Part shown: positions 39,783-54,093 of the stretch, in pieces
Position numbering within the stretch: position 1 is the stretch's first letter
Layout: every line of letters starts with the position of its first letter
DNA from: Tubiluchus corallicola
Taxonomy: Eukaryota; Animalia; Priapulida
NCBI GenBank assembly: GCA_030141605.1
Contig: JAQGDQ010000277.1
Coordinates: forward strand, 62,001-126,000
Direction of reading: 5' to 3'
DNA: 64,000 nucleotides
Notes under the pieces: generated by a model
The model's input: the letters and a program-made list of their open reading frames with translations, nothing else
Database searches by the model: none
What the model was told of the DNA's origin: nothing
Made by a program: the position numbers and the translations under genes

Positions 39783-40440
39783 ATCGTTTACCTAATGGAC
39801 GATGATCGCAACTAAAAGCGGTTAATCCTTTTTACTGTGCGTTCTTTCGCTAGTATCGTTTTGTCAGTTAACTTGTGCCTATTTGTGAAGTTATTTTAGG
39901 GTCTTATTTACAGTAATTCCCTTTCATTTCCAATAACTATAGCAATGATCGTAGGGCTCTAAAGGCTGAGTACGATAATTCGCCTAGAGTTGTTTTCTAA
40001 TTATAGTAAATGGTAAAAAGTGGACGAATGATAAAGTATTTCAAATATATGTGAACTCATACCGTTACCCATCTTCAACTAGAAGGCAATAGTTAGGTCT
40101 TGTCTAGAATTATGCCTGCCTTTCAGATTCTCTGCCTAAAGTCCATTAGGTCTCTTAATAAAACTATTTCTGAACTCAACTAAAATTTTTTGTAGCTTAA
40201 AAACAGGTTTATTACTGAGGGTTTGGCTGATCAGAACAAAAAATTATTTGTTATATCCTTAGTGAGTTGTATCTGTATTTCAGTTTACCTAAACTTATTC
40301 TAATTTAATTGCTAAGCAATCTAAAATTATCGAAAAAAGACTGTATGCTGTAAATGTGACTCAATTTTGAGCAAAAATACCACCATTTATCAATGACTGT
40401 CTACATTGATGCTGTTTTCATTATCAATATCGTCAATATC

Positions 40441-40593
40441 ATCATCATCATTCATCATTATCATCGTCGTAGTCGTCGTCGTCCTCATCACCACCACCAT
40501 CAAAACCAACACCACCACACCACCACCACCACCACCACCACCACCACCACCACCACCACCACCACCACCACCACCACCACCACCACCACCACC

Positions 40594-40664
<71 letters not shown>

Positions 40665-40673
40665 TATCATCAT
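40441..40673. repeat. (CAT)n/(CGT)n/(CAC)n/(CAT)n compound trinucleotide repeat
   Basis: Direct reading. Confidence 0.95.
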
Positions 40674-41899
40674 TGTCAGCGTTAGCTTTACCATTACTAC
40701 CTCATTCTGAGCAGACGTCCAGCAACAGGAGCATCAGATGAAGCAGAAAAATGAAAAAGAAAAAGAAAAGAAATGAAAAGACAAGAGCAGGAAGGAAAAA
40801 ATAAAAAGTAAAAAAGTTATGCTAAATCATAAAATTACTTGTATATATAAAATTCTTGCAAAATTGACTTCAACAATTCATTAGGCCTAAGCAAAACACC
40901 GAGAAATTCATTAATAAAGCGCAGTTTTAATCACAATCCGCAGAATCGAATTACCACGAGTAATTTCAATTAAGTGGTTATTAATGGATTTTGGCTATGC
41001 TTCATCAAGCAAATTGCTTTTCTACACCCGCATAATTAACTCACTAAATCAACACGCTGGGGCGAAATAAACGACTTATTAGCGGAGTGATATATAATGC
41101 AAGATTTTGTAGAGTGGGCGCTGAGAGCAAGTGACGTAATAATGTAGTGCGCTGCCGTGTTTGTTTAGGAACCGTAATGGCCGCCAGATTCACCAACAAT
41201 TTCCTCTTCAACTAGATCTCTGTTCGTTGTCTTCACAATTAGCCTGCGCTGTACAAATATTTACACATTCTATAAATTAATTTCGCCGAATTTGGATCAT
41301 TTAGGTTGGTTGGCAGTGAAGAGGCTTCGCAATATTGAAACGCATTAAGATCCAATATTCAATTTGAGGCGTCTAACAGTCGTCTATCAATATTTGCTCT
41401 CGCTCTGCCGTATCTTCGGGGTTTAATATAGAGAAGAAGACGTTTGGGACGGGCTCATTGTACCCGGCTTGTGTCAATAACCATGTTACATCAACACTCG
41501 AGCTGCAGCCATTCTGGGATTCAGATCACGGCCCAGACGCGTGCCTTACCCCTTAGCCACGTCCCGAGATTTTCCAATAGCGCTCAAGAGCCGCGGCCAT
41601 TATCTGATAACAGTCGTCTTTGTTCTGCCCAAAACTGTCTGACAGAGATGAAAGAGTTATGAGTTATATTAAATTTTCACAAGCGAAAGCGGTTCCAGTC
41701 AGTTAAGCATGCACAGTGGACAATCAAAAACTTGCGAATTACTGCTCCAGTCCTAGATGCATTTAACAATTTTTGATCCGCGAGCAGCGAAGAATCCATC
41801 CGCTATATCCTGTGTTAGGCATTGACTGCCAAACACGTGGAGTGGGGGCTCTGATAACGCATTCGTTAAAAAAGTTGGTATTCTTTACGGGATCGATAT

Positions 41900-41967
41900 T
41901 ACTACTACTCCTACTTCTACAATAACAACAACTACTACTACTACTACTGCTACTGCTACTGCTGCTG

Positions 41968-42062
<95 letters not shown>
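41900..42062. repeat. (TAC)n/(TGC)n trinucleotide repeat
   Basis: Direct reading. Confidence 0.95.
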
Positions 42063-42063
<1 letters not shown>

Positions 42064-42926
42064 GATAGTATAATGAAATCAAATTTATAAATTATAACTT
42101 TTAGTTCATGACATAAACCTAGATAACACTGTAAATGCCTGCATGTAGGTTAACAAAAATGAGTGATTTAAGAAATAAGACGTTCTAGAGGTTTCACAAG
42201 GCAAGGTACTATTCAATGTATTAAATCTGCTTTTCGACTTAATATTAGTCTGTTAAGACCGCTGCAAAAATAATATGGACAATTACGCTAGGAGTAACTT
42301 TATCAAAATAGTCACGTGACCACAAAACACTTGCCGTCGTAAAAGCACGTGTCGCCATTCGTCGTAATTAACTATTTTTTATTAAACGTGTAATTAGTCG
42401 TTCTTTTTGCTATCCAAGCAGAGAGATTATGACACTCGAAATCGTTTGCAAAGCCACAATCAAACGCGCCACACCATTTGCCATAGCCGATGTTGGTATT
42501 AGTGCCGCCTGCCGTCATTGGTTAGCCTTTTCACGAGATATCGCGAGAAATCACGCTCATTGTATGTGAAATGATTTCAAATCGACTTTATTAGATCACG
42601 TGCACAACTGAAAGGACGCTTACTGACGACGAAATTATGTTATATCGAAGTAAAATTGCAGATTATTAGGCTGATATTATGAATCGCTCATCCTAAATAA
42701 GCTATAGCGTCATTATGTAAATCGTATGACTACTGTTAACCTTCAGGTCCTGGAAATGGGGTTTAGTGTTGCCCAAGAATTTGCAAGAAATCGTCGATAA
42801 TATTTGAATGAGGAAAAATGAGAAAAATATGAGTACTACTGCAATCTTCACTCTTCATTCTTTGTTAGCTTGAATAAGAGTAATTCATTAAATAATTATA
42901 TACATAAAAGAGTTCGACTTGGAATG

Positions 42927-42957
<31 letters not shown>

Positions 42958-42965
42958 AGTGTATA

Positions 42966-43095
42966 CACTGTAGAAAGTAAAAAGAACAGAAACAATATAC
43001 GAGAGACAATATCATCTATAAAACTGTATTATATACGGTAAATTTATACAATACTTTTCCACGCATATACTGCATTTTTGTACTTTTTTACAGTG
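42966..43095. mobile_element. Small MITE-like element with CACTGTA.. terminal inverted repeats flanked by TA
   Basis: Left end ta|CACTGTAGAAAGTAAAAAG; right end TTTTTGTACTTTTTTACAGTG|ta; the inverted similarity continues inward. Confidence 0.55.
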
Positions 43096-43111
43096 TAGAA
43101 AAATTAATTGC

Positions 43112-43114
<3 letters not shown>

Positions 43115-43197
<83 letters not shown>
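43115..43197. repeat. (GT)n microsatellite
   Basis: Direct reading. Confidence 0.95.
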
Positions 43198-43198
<1 letters not shown>

Positions 43199-45963
43199 TC
43201 ATCATAACATTATGACAAAAGATAAATGGTTTGTAATCCCTATACTTCTTATTTTCGTTAAGGTGTATTTCAACATTACTTAAAAAGCTGTATAAGTAGT
43301 AATAATTATATTTCAGTAATAAGCACAATTTATTTGCATTATATAAGTGCTTATAGGGTGTAACTTGCATGCTTAATTAATATTTGAATTTTAAACCATA
43401 TTTCTTTAACTATCAAATATATTAACTTTTCCCCTTCATTTTCACTTCAGAGATTTTTTATTTATTCTTTAATTCAAAAACAAATATGAATAGAATGCGA
43501 ATTTTATATTTGGTTTCACTGCATTTATCACATGTATAAATTTTTGGCCGAATATTAAGGCTCTAACTGAATAAAATGGTACAAAGGAATCCGCAATTTT
43601 CAACCCCGTCCTGTGATTTAATGCACGTTGTGCAAGGGTCTCACGGCAATTTGGTTGCCAATTTTACATCATTGTGTGGATGGTTTATTGCAGTATGGGA
43701 GATCTTTTTATTCAATGCATTGGACAAGTAATAATGCTGACAAAATATTTACTGTCCGGTTATCTAATAATGACTCCAGCCGGTTCCATTTCCTTTCAGT
43801 CTAAGAAGAATTTCAATAAGGTTTATTCATGTCTTTTAATTCAGCAGCACAATCGGTATTGCAATCTTATTTCTTAACCCTCGTCATCTCAAACGGGCGT
43901 TGTTATGCACCAGAATTTGTAACAATAGAAGGCGCCATGTCATTTTTTTTCTCATATTAGTTTTTTATTTGATTTTTCGTAAACTGTTTAGAACTAAACA
44001 CTATTGTATAGCTCATTGGTTAAACACTATTGATTGTAATGAGCAATTACAACCGCTATTAATTTTTTACTCACACAGTTTTCAGGTGTTTATTGATATA
44101 AAAGGGTTGCTGGCGTCAGTTTTGCTGCTGTTTTAGAGAAGTGGCTATACTTGGCACACGATATTATTGTGTATGTGTCATAACACATTATTCAAGACAT
44201 TAATATTATTAGACAACGCGTAGCAAATAATCCATGATTACGCTTGAAGATATAGTGATTATTTAGTTAAGGATACTGGTGTAAAACTTACTATTAGTTT
44301 TTCGTATTTGGGATTTGTATAGGTGAGCTAAGTGGATAACCTTAATAATATGTCATTGAATCAAGAGATTACATTATGAATGTGATTTATGATATGGAGT
44401 AACAACAGTAGCAGTCGATTTTTCGTTTTCCAAAGAGAGTACTGAAACATTTCTTTGTCATTTTAAAGAAATGATAATTATTATGGCAAAACAAAAAACT
44501 AAATTAAATAAAAACTGTTATACTTTTTATTTTTAATTACATAGGCAAGAATGTAAAAGTTCTTTCTAAAAAAAGTAAAAACAAGGAATTATGACAGCGA
44601 ATTTACAAATACGAATAAATGGCCTATATGCGATAATGAACTTGTTTTTTACATACATGTATTACAAACAATCATTATAAGCTATTAGTTCTTTGATGGT
44701 CGTTCGTTGTTAGTGATAAACATTTGAAAAAGTTAAATAATGACATTATGGATCTTAATGTCAAGAATTACAGTGACAAAGAACAAAAATCCCACAATTA
44801 AAAAACAAGGAAAAGAAAGAAAGCGCTCAACGTTTCAAACTACCAGTGTAGTTACTCTTCAAGTGAATATAATAATAAAAAAATCACGAGAATTTACTAA
44901 AACTACTGAACAATTTTTTTGAGTTTTTATTTACGTTACATTGTTAACATTAACTGTTTAACATAAAAAGGATATCACACATAAGATACACGTACGTAGA
45001 AGAGACACAGAAGCACAGCAGTTAAGAACACAAGGGAGAAACACAGAAGAGTCCCATTTAGTGTGATTCCTCTTTATGCTAATAATATAAGCAAAAAGAC
45101 CCAAAAAATTTGTTTAGCAGTTTTGGCAACTTCTTATAATTTTTTACATTTTTTGACTTTTTGTGTTCCCTCGAAGAATAACTACACCAGTATTTCGAAG
45201 CTTTTTTCATTTTCTTTGTTTTTAATTGTAGGAATTTAATTCATTATGGATAATGAATAAATAAAAAACTTTTGTTCTTAAGCTCTGAATGAATTCCGCT
45301 ATGGATGTTGATATATTGACATTAGAGTTTAGTTTTTATTTGAAAATTTTTTCCTGGAACTTCTTTGAAATTCTATGGACTTCCTTTGAAGGACAGAGCT
45401 GCTAACTTTCAAATTAAAAACAAAAACACGTAAAGTCTACGTATATTTCATATAAGCTCATGATAAGATAATTTTTTTAATGTTGATGAATTCCTCAAAG
45501 AAAAAACATGTAGAACATTCAGAATTGTACTGGTTCAGTCCACTTTCTACGCAATGCGTTCCTTGGAGGAGCGAATACGTTTTAGTCCGATAATAAATTT
45601 ATTATAGACTTATTAATGTGTTTTCGTTTCCTAAACATTAATATAAATAGCCATTAATAATTGCTTTTAGTTATGGAATTATCGCATTCTTGAATACTTC
45701 TTAAAGTTTAATCCATTGTGGTTTTGGTTTCTTAGCCCGGTAATACAAGATGTTGAGGTCAGAGAAAGGCGAACTCTTTCACGCAAATTCTATTCCATCT
45801 GCGGATATAATTGGTTATAATTTGTATCATTAAAAGATAGGGTTAATTCTGCTGTCACCTTTGTGGATAATTGCGGTGTAACGTAATGACGTTGGTTTAT
45901 TCATCACGCAAAACAGACGCCGAGGAAAGAGCATTAAAAGGTGTGAGAGAAAATACGTAAGTG

Positions 45964-46181
<218 letters not shown>

Positions 46182-49100
46182 GGGCGGTAATCTCTGGTAT
46201 TGCTTAGGCCAAACCAGTCCGTGAGAATCTTCAAGTTGGCTTACAATGGTGGAGAGAGATGGTCGGGATAACGCACCCTTGATTCTTATCTCGTTAATAA
46301 CATATAGTCACTTCTAAAACTTCCAGTCAATACTAATAAATAGCGCATTTCAACAAATTGATGGGTATTCTTCGTTTGTTTGGTACTGAGGCATTACCGA
46401 TACAGTGTAGCAGTAATGTGCCTTTGTAAAGAACGACAAATGAGGATCTCCAACTGGGCTAGAAATAAGGAATGCATTGACGTGTTATTATTTATAGCAA
46501 GAATGGAGATTCTGAAATGGAAGCATCTGCTTTGCTGCTGTCATCAACAAAAGATTGGCTTACTAATACACCTTTGCATCCTTTAAATTCCCGTAATTAT
46601 AATTAATTGAGCAAAGAAAAGGGCAAATGAGGCGAATTTGAAAGGCTGAATTTGAAAGGTATGAGAAGCGATAAATATCGACACAAATTACCTGTAAGCA
46701 AAGTGCGATGTTATCGACGTAATTACGATCATCAACTTGTTTTTTAATTCTCTTAATTACAATTGACAGAAAACGTTCAGAGGGTTTGATTATTGGGTAG
46801 CATTAAGGAATGACAGTTTGAAATGGCTGAGAATTTTTCGTTTCAATAACATTATCAGCTTCGAATGTGAGGTAATTTTCCACGAAATGAAAAGATAATG
46901 GGTCAAAATTGGCGTACATAACCTTTGCTGCTGCAACGAACTTTTAAACTATATGAACGCTTTAATATCTATGTAGTTATAAATTATTCATAATTTAATA
47001 GTTCAAATTTATCTGTCACTTAAATTTTCAAATTAAAGTTCAATGATCAATAAAGAGATAGTACCACCATGGGAAACATGAAGTAGGAAATATAGTGACG
47101 TAGCCTAAATTGTGTACCGCAGTGAATGCGCTGGCACTTGTTTTATATTGGGTTTCTGACGTTAATATACTCTGCTTAAAATAAATGCAATTTTTATTTG
47201 CATGTTTTTTTTAAACATGAAAACCGATTTTCTTGGCAGTTTTGTGTCGTATGCACAAGTTTGTGTATCTTTGCGGTTTAAATGTCACCATTTGGTTAAC
47301 ATGAATCAGATCTGCACAGATCTAAATAAACAAAAATTAGTGACTCGTTATTGTATGTTTTATGCCAGTCAGTTCTAATCTACATCGCCGAGAATCTTTT
47401 TTTTAGAAAAAGAAAAGAAAATGATTGAAAAACTTTTGTAAACATCAGATTCTGCAAGACCGTTCGTAATTTTATAACAAAACTCATTTTTATAAAATTA
47501 ATTTAACGTCATTTAATGTAAAAGTCGTATTGCTGTACTGTTTCAGGGTGTTTAATTTACAGCAGGTAACAGCATTTGTGTTTTCCGCTTTGATAGTATA
47601 AAGGAATTGTATTATAACTTTAATTAATAAACGTTAATTTTTACAGTTACGATGTGAGAAAGGTCGTTCAAAAATAAATCATATGCTATGGCTTAAATGT
47701 GCAAAAGATGTGAGATATGTGAAAGCAAAATATTCTGCCCATTAAAGATACAGATATGAAAAATCAATTATAAATGAAATTACAGTGCAACTAATACGTG
47801 TTATAAATTTGTTTTAACTAGTAATTATTTTCAAGGATTGTAGAAAAAAGTCAACGGCATTTCCAAATTTTATATGGCATATTAAAAAATGTTTTATTTA
47901 TTTTCTATTTATTATTGCGTATGATTATATTTATTATTATTTATTATATTTATTAATTATCTGCAGAATCAGTATTTTGTAATGTTTTCACTTTCTAGTC
48001 GTGAATAAAACTCTTCACGTGGAAAATTCCTGTCTTTAGCTTGGGAATGGAATTAAACTAGTTTCCATCCTGCCTGGGAATCTCTCCATCTGTTTAAATC
48101 ATTTAACCGTTAAAAAGCTGTTTAGATTTAAACGCGTACATTCACTAGACTTCCTGTCCAACATGGCACAAAAGTGGAAGCCGTATTCAATCTAATTACT
48201 CTCTAATTGTTCTCTATAGATGTTTAAAGTTAGCTCGGCGTGTAACGAGATTTACTAATACGCATAATTATTATTTGCGAGCTACCGGGCGGCTCGAAAC
48301 ACATTTCTTAATAGAAAGAAAGACTTTGAATGTTAACACTAGGTAGAGTGAAAGCATTTAGCGCGTTTGTTAAATGACTTAATTTTCTCTGTTTGATTTT
48401 GACAGTAATTATGTCCTTAAAAAGGGTGTTATTAAGTCTGCAATGCTAGAAGTAAGAGAGCATTTTAAGAAGATTTTTGCGTTGTGGAGATGCCCTCTTC
48501 AAAGAGGGTGGGAATCAGACGGACGCACGGGCTGGCTTTTCCAACGTCTGTCATAAAACACCCTTAGCCCAGGTAAAGGGACAACTCATGCATACATCCC
48601 TGTTCGTGTGAGACACTCCGCCTGCCATTCAAACAGCTCACTCAGCTAACCGGATCACAAAGCTACGATTAGCACACGCTAATTAACAGCCGTGTCTAAC
48701 CACGACCACTGCAGGACTCAAACTGACCACCTCTGTTCACTGGCCGCTCCTTATTTGCCTTCTCAATGCAGTAAACAACATCAAAACGCCAAGAGCATTC
48801 TTCAACAGCAGAGCGTTCGCTATTATGGCGGCTGAGCGCATGTGGAGGACCCTGGTGAGCAATTGTATCCCGGGAGCTTTGTATAAGCCGGGGGCCCGGG
48901 CACGTTTCCTCTGTGAAAGCACCATAGGCCAATTAGTAAGGACCCCATCAATTGGATAGCTAAGCGAATTATGTGGCAATTGTATTTCCCTTTATGTTAA
49001 CTTTTCTCGCCTCTTATCTTTCATTAGTTCCAAATATTCCTCTTTTCTGAACATTTGAAGAAAGGCGAGAGTCCATTAGTAGCAACAATTACACTATAGC

Positions 49101-50862
49101 GATGTCCCGGGGCAGAGGATTAACTCAGTATATGATGGCTTACACTCGCTCGGCTCGGCTTCGTGGCTTAAAACTCTCTTTGGTGGCGAGTCCAGACAAC
49201 CCAAACATCCACTCCACTCCCCCTTTGCATTTCCACAAGTTTCACGGTTCAAAGACTGTTACATCTACTACAAAGACTGAAAAATATTTCAGTAGGAAAA
49301 TACCACTTCTTTAATATCAGACATCACCAGTAACTCCGTTTTCGTCCAAAATTTGGCTGTAAAAAAGAAAATGGAGGAACCACTTTTGCGTTGAGTTTCA
49401 AAAAGATCGAAAGCCTAGGTTTTTCATCCTCCTCCTTTGACAGTACCGTGTAGGCGTTGCGTGCCATACACGCTAGACAGGCGTCATTGCCGTATACATT
49501 ATAAGCATTGAATAAAATACTCTTGACGGGTCTTTGTAAGGGTGTGTTAGCGGTAGGCGTACTCTACTTGTTTAAGCAATTTCAAGTTTGTATTTTTAAT
49601 AGATTCCTAGTTTGTGCCACACTATAATTGTTGTATAACTGAACGCAGTTATTGGCGAATTAAAGTGGGAAGACGCTACGAGATTAATTCAAATCAAAAG
49701 CATCAAGTCTTACCGTTAAAATACTTCTTGAGGCCTTTAGAACACTTGTGGCAAACAAAGCGACTTTTTGTTTGTCAAAATTATTAAAATCTTCTTGAAG
49801 TTCTGTTAATTATTAAGATAATATTTCTGTAAGATAATACATTACGGAAACTTCTTATTTACAAACCGCTTGTTTATTTATTTATTTATCCTCAGCTGCG
49901 ACACGGAATAACTACAAAACTAGGGCACCTAGAGTAGCTAACTTGCAAACCTGGGTTAAGGGTTCAGATAAAAGGTAACTGATGACCTTTGGTCAAAGGA
50001 TCAAAGTCAGTGGCCATTGGTTAATTTTCCGATTATCGTTCGTCTTTTTCTGGTAATATTTTACATTCATTTATTTTATTTATTTTTTATTTCCGTACGT
50101 ATACAAATTAGCCACGAAAGATATAAGTGCATTAAACCTGGCATACGTATTTTATTATGAAATACGTTTTTAGATAGTGCTTGTAAACAAAAGCTTGGAG
50201 GCTATATTGAATAAAAATTAAAATTATGTATGTCACTTGAATGTTTCCCACCTTTTCCCATTTTTAAGACTTATTATTAGTTAATGATATTACCTGAAAG
50301 CGCTATTCTGAGTTAGTGCAGTAGATGACAAAAGACTCATGTACAACCAAAAGAGGTTATAAACAACGTAAACATACTGCATGCATGGGATGTATCTCTT
50401 CATGCTCAACTATATATTGCACTTTTCTGCAAGTTTTTATTCAAAGCCAACGCAAAATATTGTCACCACTAATATGATTGAGGCTATATTGCTTAAATTT
50501 GTAATATATAAAAGAAATTTGCTGTCAATGCAGCAAAACTTATTTACGTTTGATTGTAGAAGAAGTTATGCGGCTATTTTGCCATTTTTAGGTCTCCTGA
50601 GCCACACAGTTTTATTATTTGTAGTTTAAGTATATTAATTTTTCGTGTTGTTTTTTTCTTCAGCTAGGTTGTAAATTTCTATTTGTAATTTGTATTTTGC
50701 TGCGTGAAAATAAACTTAGATATTTCATTGGGAGTGAGTGTGAACTTTGTATGAATCTGTAGTGCTCAGTAAGGTTGAATGGGAACCATCTAACTAAACA
50801 TTAACAATATTAAAGAGACCACTATAAAGTTTGAAAACCGCTTATTGTCCAAGATTGGCCTC

Positions 50863-50936
50863 GGTTTGGCTGGCCGAGTGGTCTAGATTTCGGACTGCAA
50901 CTACGCAGGCTTGAGTTCGATACTAGTGGCGGCAGG
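50863..50936 (+). mobile_element. tRNA-derived SINE head or tRNA pseudogene
   Basis: A-box TGGCCGAGTGG (50871-50881) and B-box-like GAGTTCGATAC at tRNA spacing, with gacTGCAa at the anticodon position; the acceptor and anticodon stems do not pair well. Confidence 0.55.
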
Positions 50937-51662
50937 ACATGTATCCTACATGTTATTCGTTATTTGCGCGAAGTGTAAGTCACTAAATAGCCAGTTAAGA
51001 TCAAACGCTGAAAGACTAATTTTAAGTGGACGAGCACCTAATTGTAGCCCAATGGTGCCCCTCGACCCCTTCTTCGATGTCCACGATTTCTCTAGCATGC
51101 TTTCGCGCGTTAATTTTACACAACCTGCTTACTAAACGAAGCCAAATACCCATCCCTCCTGCAAGCTGACATCGTTAGGCAGGCGTCGCTGCGGGGAAGC
51201 CAAAAAGTTCAAATGTAAAACGACAAAGCTGCGAATTAGACCAATCTCAAGAATTTGACAGCCTCATTGCTAATCAAAACAGACTGACTGCTAGCAAGGT
51301 GGTCTATGATAGTACAAATAGGATCCTTGCTCAATATGTTAGAAAACTAAATGCGACTTAGAAATAGGTTTTGACCAGTACAAAAATAGTGGACTAATAG
51401 TCTTATTGTATTGATTTTTCCTAACATTTTTGCACACTTTTTAATAAGTTTGACAAGCTGATGCGTATGAAATAACTATGCAAGCATAGGGAAATTGGAT
51501 CTTTAAATATGTCATAATACATTCATGTATGAGCACGCTGTCCATGGATTTGGCATCTTGTGAAGGAGTTACATGATTGTTACAGTGGGCCCATATCTTA
51601 CATATCTTAAGCTTAAGCGTTGAGTTATTTGTTATTAAAAGGTAAAATATTTTTTACAGTTT

Positions 51663-51673
51663 GAAGAAGAAGA

Positions 51674-51753
<80 letters not shown>
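51663..51753. repeat. (GAA)n(AG)n microsatellite
   Basis: Direct reading. Confidence 0.95.
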
Positions 51754-51756
<3 letters not shown>

Positions 51757-52984
51757 ATATTTAAATTACATAGTAAAAATGCTTTACATATAAAAAAACT
51801 ATATATATTGTCGAGAAATTAAGTATAGCCCACGAAAAGACTGTGAATTATTGATGTTATAACAGCATGATTTTGCTATTTTTTTATTGGTCATATGCCA
51901 GTAAAACTGCTATTTTAATACGTTAATTTGGAAGCTGTTTGTATTGCAAGGCTTTAGTGTCTCACCAGGCGCTAGTAGTGCCCAGCACGCAATATGGGAG
52001 CCCTCTTTTTGGCGAGTGGGATTAACTGCTTAACTTTGCATGCATGAGGCGTAAAACTGGAGATTTACTTACAGCTGCCAGACAGATGCTACACCGAATT
52101 TATTAATTGCTGAAAATCCTCTTAAATGCAATATTTGTTAACCAAACAGTTTTGCGCTAATCTACTTAGGATATGATTGTGGACTTGTCACATGAACGCT
52201 TGTTACGCGCCGAGGTAATGAGGGCTAACCAGGCCGCGTAGGGGCAAAAAATCCCCTCTTTGATTCGGATGCGGATAAGCGGAAAAAACGCTTGACAAAT
52301 TCCCTCCGAAAGCTGTCTTGCGTGATTACTTACTTTCAAGAGTTTTAGGACGGATCCATGACAAAGCATGTCCTGTGCAATTACTTATTTTCCAAAGCTT
52401 TAGGGCGGATGCATGATAAGGTATTTTAGACTACTTACACCAAGAAGCTTGCAGTTCACACGTTATTGATTTATCATTTCTATTGACGTTACATTTATGA
52501 TCTGAAGATTTAGCAATTATCATTGAATGACATTGTCATTGTTCTCGCCAATGTCGGCATCGTAGCCGTCATTGTCAATGTCATCGTCACTATCATTATC
52601 TTCATCACCAGCACCAACACCACCATAACCACCACTACCACCACCACCACCACCACCATCATCATCATCGGCAGCAAGCTCATCACTGTCGTTATGGTCA
52701 GTATCAAATCTCGAAAAATATATCACCAGGCATTTTATGCAAATAAAAGTGTTTGTTCCCAAAAAAAGTTCCCAAAGTCAGTAGCAAATCCAACCTGTGG
52801 TAGTTTTACTTATTTTTTATCCTGAGTTTAATAATCACTTTTGCAAAAATCGTTTTCAAAACAAATAAACTGCACAGTGAATCGAAATTGATTTATCTTG
52901 TCTTTGCTGGCAATTTGTCATTGTCTAAATTCAACGTTAAAGTGCAGAGCAACCAGAGCAGATGAAAAGGATAGATGTGTCAAT

Positions 52985-53733
52985 TACAGGGTCGTTCAGA
53001 AAAAACGTTCCCTGCAAACGTTCCCTTTAATAAAACAAAAATTGCAAGTCAAAAAGGCATTATCAGAATAACAATGATGATATATACTTTATACGCAAAA
53101 ATTTAGTTATAAGTGTTGTTTTATTTTTGCTGAATTTTTTATAAAATATAGTGTTTAAAATTATATTTCCATATGTAAGAAAACGAATTGTTCCAATACT
53201 TACTGTTTTAAATAAAAAAAGAAACTCAGCTTTTCACATTTCTTTATTCACATAACTTAAAAAACAGTCGTGACTTGAATCCTCCAGCTGTTACAAAAAT
53301 CAAAGTTGTTGCGAAACTGAAAATGTTTAGCTTCAAGAATGGGCTAAAATTCCACAAGATGAGGATTAATTCAGTTTTTGGCCAATTTTGAGCTAGACTG
53401 GCAAAATGATCGAAATGGTAGGAAAGCACAGAGAACAATTTTTCCAGTCTGGTGGATGAAGAAAAATCAAAGGTGAGTTTGGGGAATTTCCTTTTCTTTC
53501 TTATAGAAATACAATTTTAAAATTTATTTTCTAAAGTTCAGCAAAAAAGAACCCAAAACGTACAATTAAAGTTTTCCTTGTGACTACACATATTTTTATT
53601 CTGGATCAAAGCCCATAGCACCAATAGAATATAGGGCGTCTAGATTATGCTAGAAGGTAAATGGCAACAGACTGAAATTAAATAAGTAAAAATATGCATT
53701 TGGTGACGGGACATGTTTGTAAACAACATCGTT
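52985..53733. mobile_element. Decayed Tc1/mariner-like non-autonomous element with long inverted arms
   Basis: Begins TACAGGGTCGTTCAGAAAAAACGTTCCC; about 53055-53185 is an inverted match to about 53495-53615 (ttttgctgaa...aaaatta/gtatttc...taagaaa); weak right TIR near 53708-53733. Confidence 0.4.
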
Positions 53734-54093
53734 GAAAAACGAGTCTTGAAACTAACGACTTTACAATTAACTGAAGTATTTAATGATGATGATTTATAAT
53801 TATCAGTGGAGACTATGGAGGCAATATCACAAACAAATGAAAAGTTACAATGTCAAAACCTACTGTATTAATTTTTTTTTATATTCAGCTGAGCAGTAAA
53901 ACAAGCTAAAAACCCGTAAAAAACAAATTTTGAGACTGAGCACTACATTTCTCTATTTATGTCAAGATCGCAAATATTTTTATTTTCATAATTTGGATGT
54001 TGTGTGGCCAAAGTCCTCTGTGGTATTAATGTACATGGTGTAAACTATCCGAAAGCTTCATATAATATAAATTAATGTAATACTTTGACTCCC

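Noticed and set aside
50863-50936. Functional tRNA-Cys gene
   Set aside because: Acceptor and anticodon stems do not pair and there is no poly-T terminator; treated as a SINE head or pseudogene.
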